A stretch of DNA of 64,000 nucleotides from Podarcis gaigeae. Its lineage: Eukaryota. A program made the position numbers and the translations under genes. The stretch lies in the NCBI GenBank assembly GCA_964106915.2, contig OZ066925.1. The stretch is one strand, 5' to 3'. Of the stretch, positions 62,608-64,000 are shown piece after piece (position 1 is the stretch's first letter; the number at the start of each line of letters is the position of its first letter). Under the pieces are notes generated by a model. The model did no database searches. It was not told where the DNA came from and saw nothing but the letters and a program-made list of their open reading frames with translations.

Positions 62608-63122
62608 TTGTTTAGTTGTGTCCGACTCTTCATGACCTCATGGACCAGAGAACGCCAGGCACTCCTCTCTTCCACTGCTTCCCGCAGTTTGGTCAAACCC
62701 ATGCTGGTAGCTTCAAGAACACTGTCCAACCATCTCGCCCTCTGTCATCCCCTTCTTCTTGTGCCCTCAATCTTTCCCAACATCAGGATCTTTTCCAGGG
62801 AGTCTTCTCTTCTCATGAGGTGGCCAAAGTATTGGAGCCTCAGCTTCACGATCTGTCATTTCAGTGAGCACTCAGAGCTGATTTCCTTCAGAATGGATAG
62901 GTTTGATCTTCTTGCAGTCCATGGGACTCTCAAGAGTCTCCTCCAGCACCATAATTCAAAAGCATCAATTCTTCGGCGATCAGCCTTCTTTATGGTCCAG
63001 CTCTCACTTCCATACATCACTACTGGGAAAACCATGGCTTTAACTATACGGACCTTTGTTGGCAAGGTGATGTCTCTGCTTTTTAAGATGCTGTCTAGGT
63101 TTGCCATCACCTTTCTCCCAAG
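62608..63122 (-). mobile_element. Bov-B LINE 3' fragment (515 bp)
   Basis: LGRKVMANLDSILKSRDITLPTKVRIVKAMVFPVVMYGSESWTIKKADRRRIDAFELWCWRRLLRVPWTARRSN with in-frame stops downstream, 10-bp TSD ctgtatacac. Confidence 0.95.
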
Positions 63123-63460
63123 CTGTATACACACCATTCATTTAAAACACGCACCCTCCTCACACACCTTTAATGAGGGTCTTTATGAAAGAGAAGTGGA
63201 ATTTAGTAAACCCGGAAAATGTAGTGTACTCCTTACAGTACTACAATTCCTGTACCCTTAACAAACAACAGTCCCCAGCAAGATTCTTTGGGGAGGGGCT
63301 ATTGTTATGAGATTGTATGAGGAGGGCAGAGCCTCCTAAAGGTGTTATGATTTAGTGAAAGTTACAATTAATCAAGGTTTGATTAAACTTTGCCAAACAT
63401 GGAAACACCCTGCATTTAGTTATGCTAATGAGCCAAGCCAACTGGGTAGAGGTAGCTGAA

Positions 63461-63938
63461 TGTCAGGATGCTGTCAATGGCTCCTGGCTGGTCGCCCAGG
63501 AAAGTATGAAGGCAAGAAAAAGTTTCTTCCAGTCCTTTTTAATTTCAGTCTTTACACAGAGAGGCTATAGAACCCGCCTCTTGGATGCTGGTGTTGTCCC
63601 AAGTGAATCCCTCCCCCCATCTCTCTCACTTCTTCATTCATCATCCTCATCATCTCCTCTACGGGTGCTGCTACCTGCCCTCTGTCTTTGAGCTCTTTGC
63701 TCTCCTACTTTTAAAGCTCGCCAGGTTCTGGGAGATGGAGGGTCTGGAATGCTTTCTAATGACAATATGTTGCTCTGGCTCTCCCATGATTTCCCAACTT
63801 TCCCCCTCATCTGCCTCTGAGCTGCCACCTCCCTCAAATCCCTGTTGTAAATCTACACTGTCTTCCTCTTCCTCCTCCCTGGAAGGGTCAGAATGGGGAG
63901 GTGGTCTCCACCACTCCTCCTCTGCCCAGTCCCTGACA
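63461..63938 (-). mobile_element. Solo LTR (Gypsy-like), 478 bp
   Basis: TGTCAGG...CCTGACA termini, 5-bp TSD ctgaa/ctgga, same terminal motif and strand asymmetry as 1777-2589. Confidence 0.7.
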
Positions 63939-64000
63939 CTGGATGGGCCATTAGCAGGGGACAAAGGCTGGTGATGGATAGTCCATCCAGGAAACCACCA

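Noticed and set aside
62590-63261. 223-aa + strand ORF (also 11680-12126 and 17259-17465)
   Set aside because: These are antisense frames of Bov-B fragments, not host genes.
1-64000. A novel prokaryote-style system (operon, CRISPR array, defence island)
   Set aside because: The DNA is CpG-depleted vertebrate sequence dominated by squamate repeats, with no gene-dense ORFs and no regularly spaced repeat-spacer array.
47775-64000. Naming the host gene (clock or immediate-early candidates such as NFIL3, PER2 and ATF3 were considered)
   Set aside because: No coding exon is visible and the promoter/exon sequence does not match what I recall for those genes. Any symbol would be a guess.

Overview
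Vertebrate genomic DNA from a scaled reptile, most likely a lacertid lizard. This is inferred from Sauria/Squam1 SINEs, Squam3-type MIR-derived SINEs and Bov-B LINE fragments; all repeat family names are from recall and not from a database search. I found no supportable protein-coding exon of a host gene. About 1-47 kb is repeat-rich intergenic DNA (SINEs; L1, L2, CR1, Bov-B and RTE-X-like LINE fragments; solo LTRs; hAT and Tc1/mariner MITEs; a Penelope-like fragment) with a few repeat-free, enhancer-like islands. A CpG island at about 47.1-50.1 kb holds a compact + strand promoter: GC boxes, an overlapping E-box/CRE, a PAR-bZIP/NFIL3 site, a TATA-like box, an Inr, a 62-nt ATG-free first exon and a GTAAGT donor. 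The rest of the window is probably intron 1 of this gene, which I could not identify. Two 141-N assembly gaps are present. I do not see a new multi-gene system. The most interesting signals are the promoter module and several transposon observations: Sauria SINEs inserted at the same position of a mariner-MITE terminal inverted repeat (TIR), CR1-tailed SINEs with two different tRNA heads, a minimal hammerhead ribozyme in a Penelope-like element, reiterated L1 target-site duplications (TSDs), solo LTRs with a reading frame open from the LTR edge, and a MITE that appears to have captured an L2 tail.
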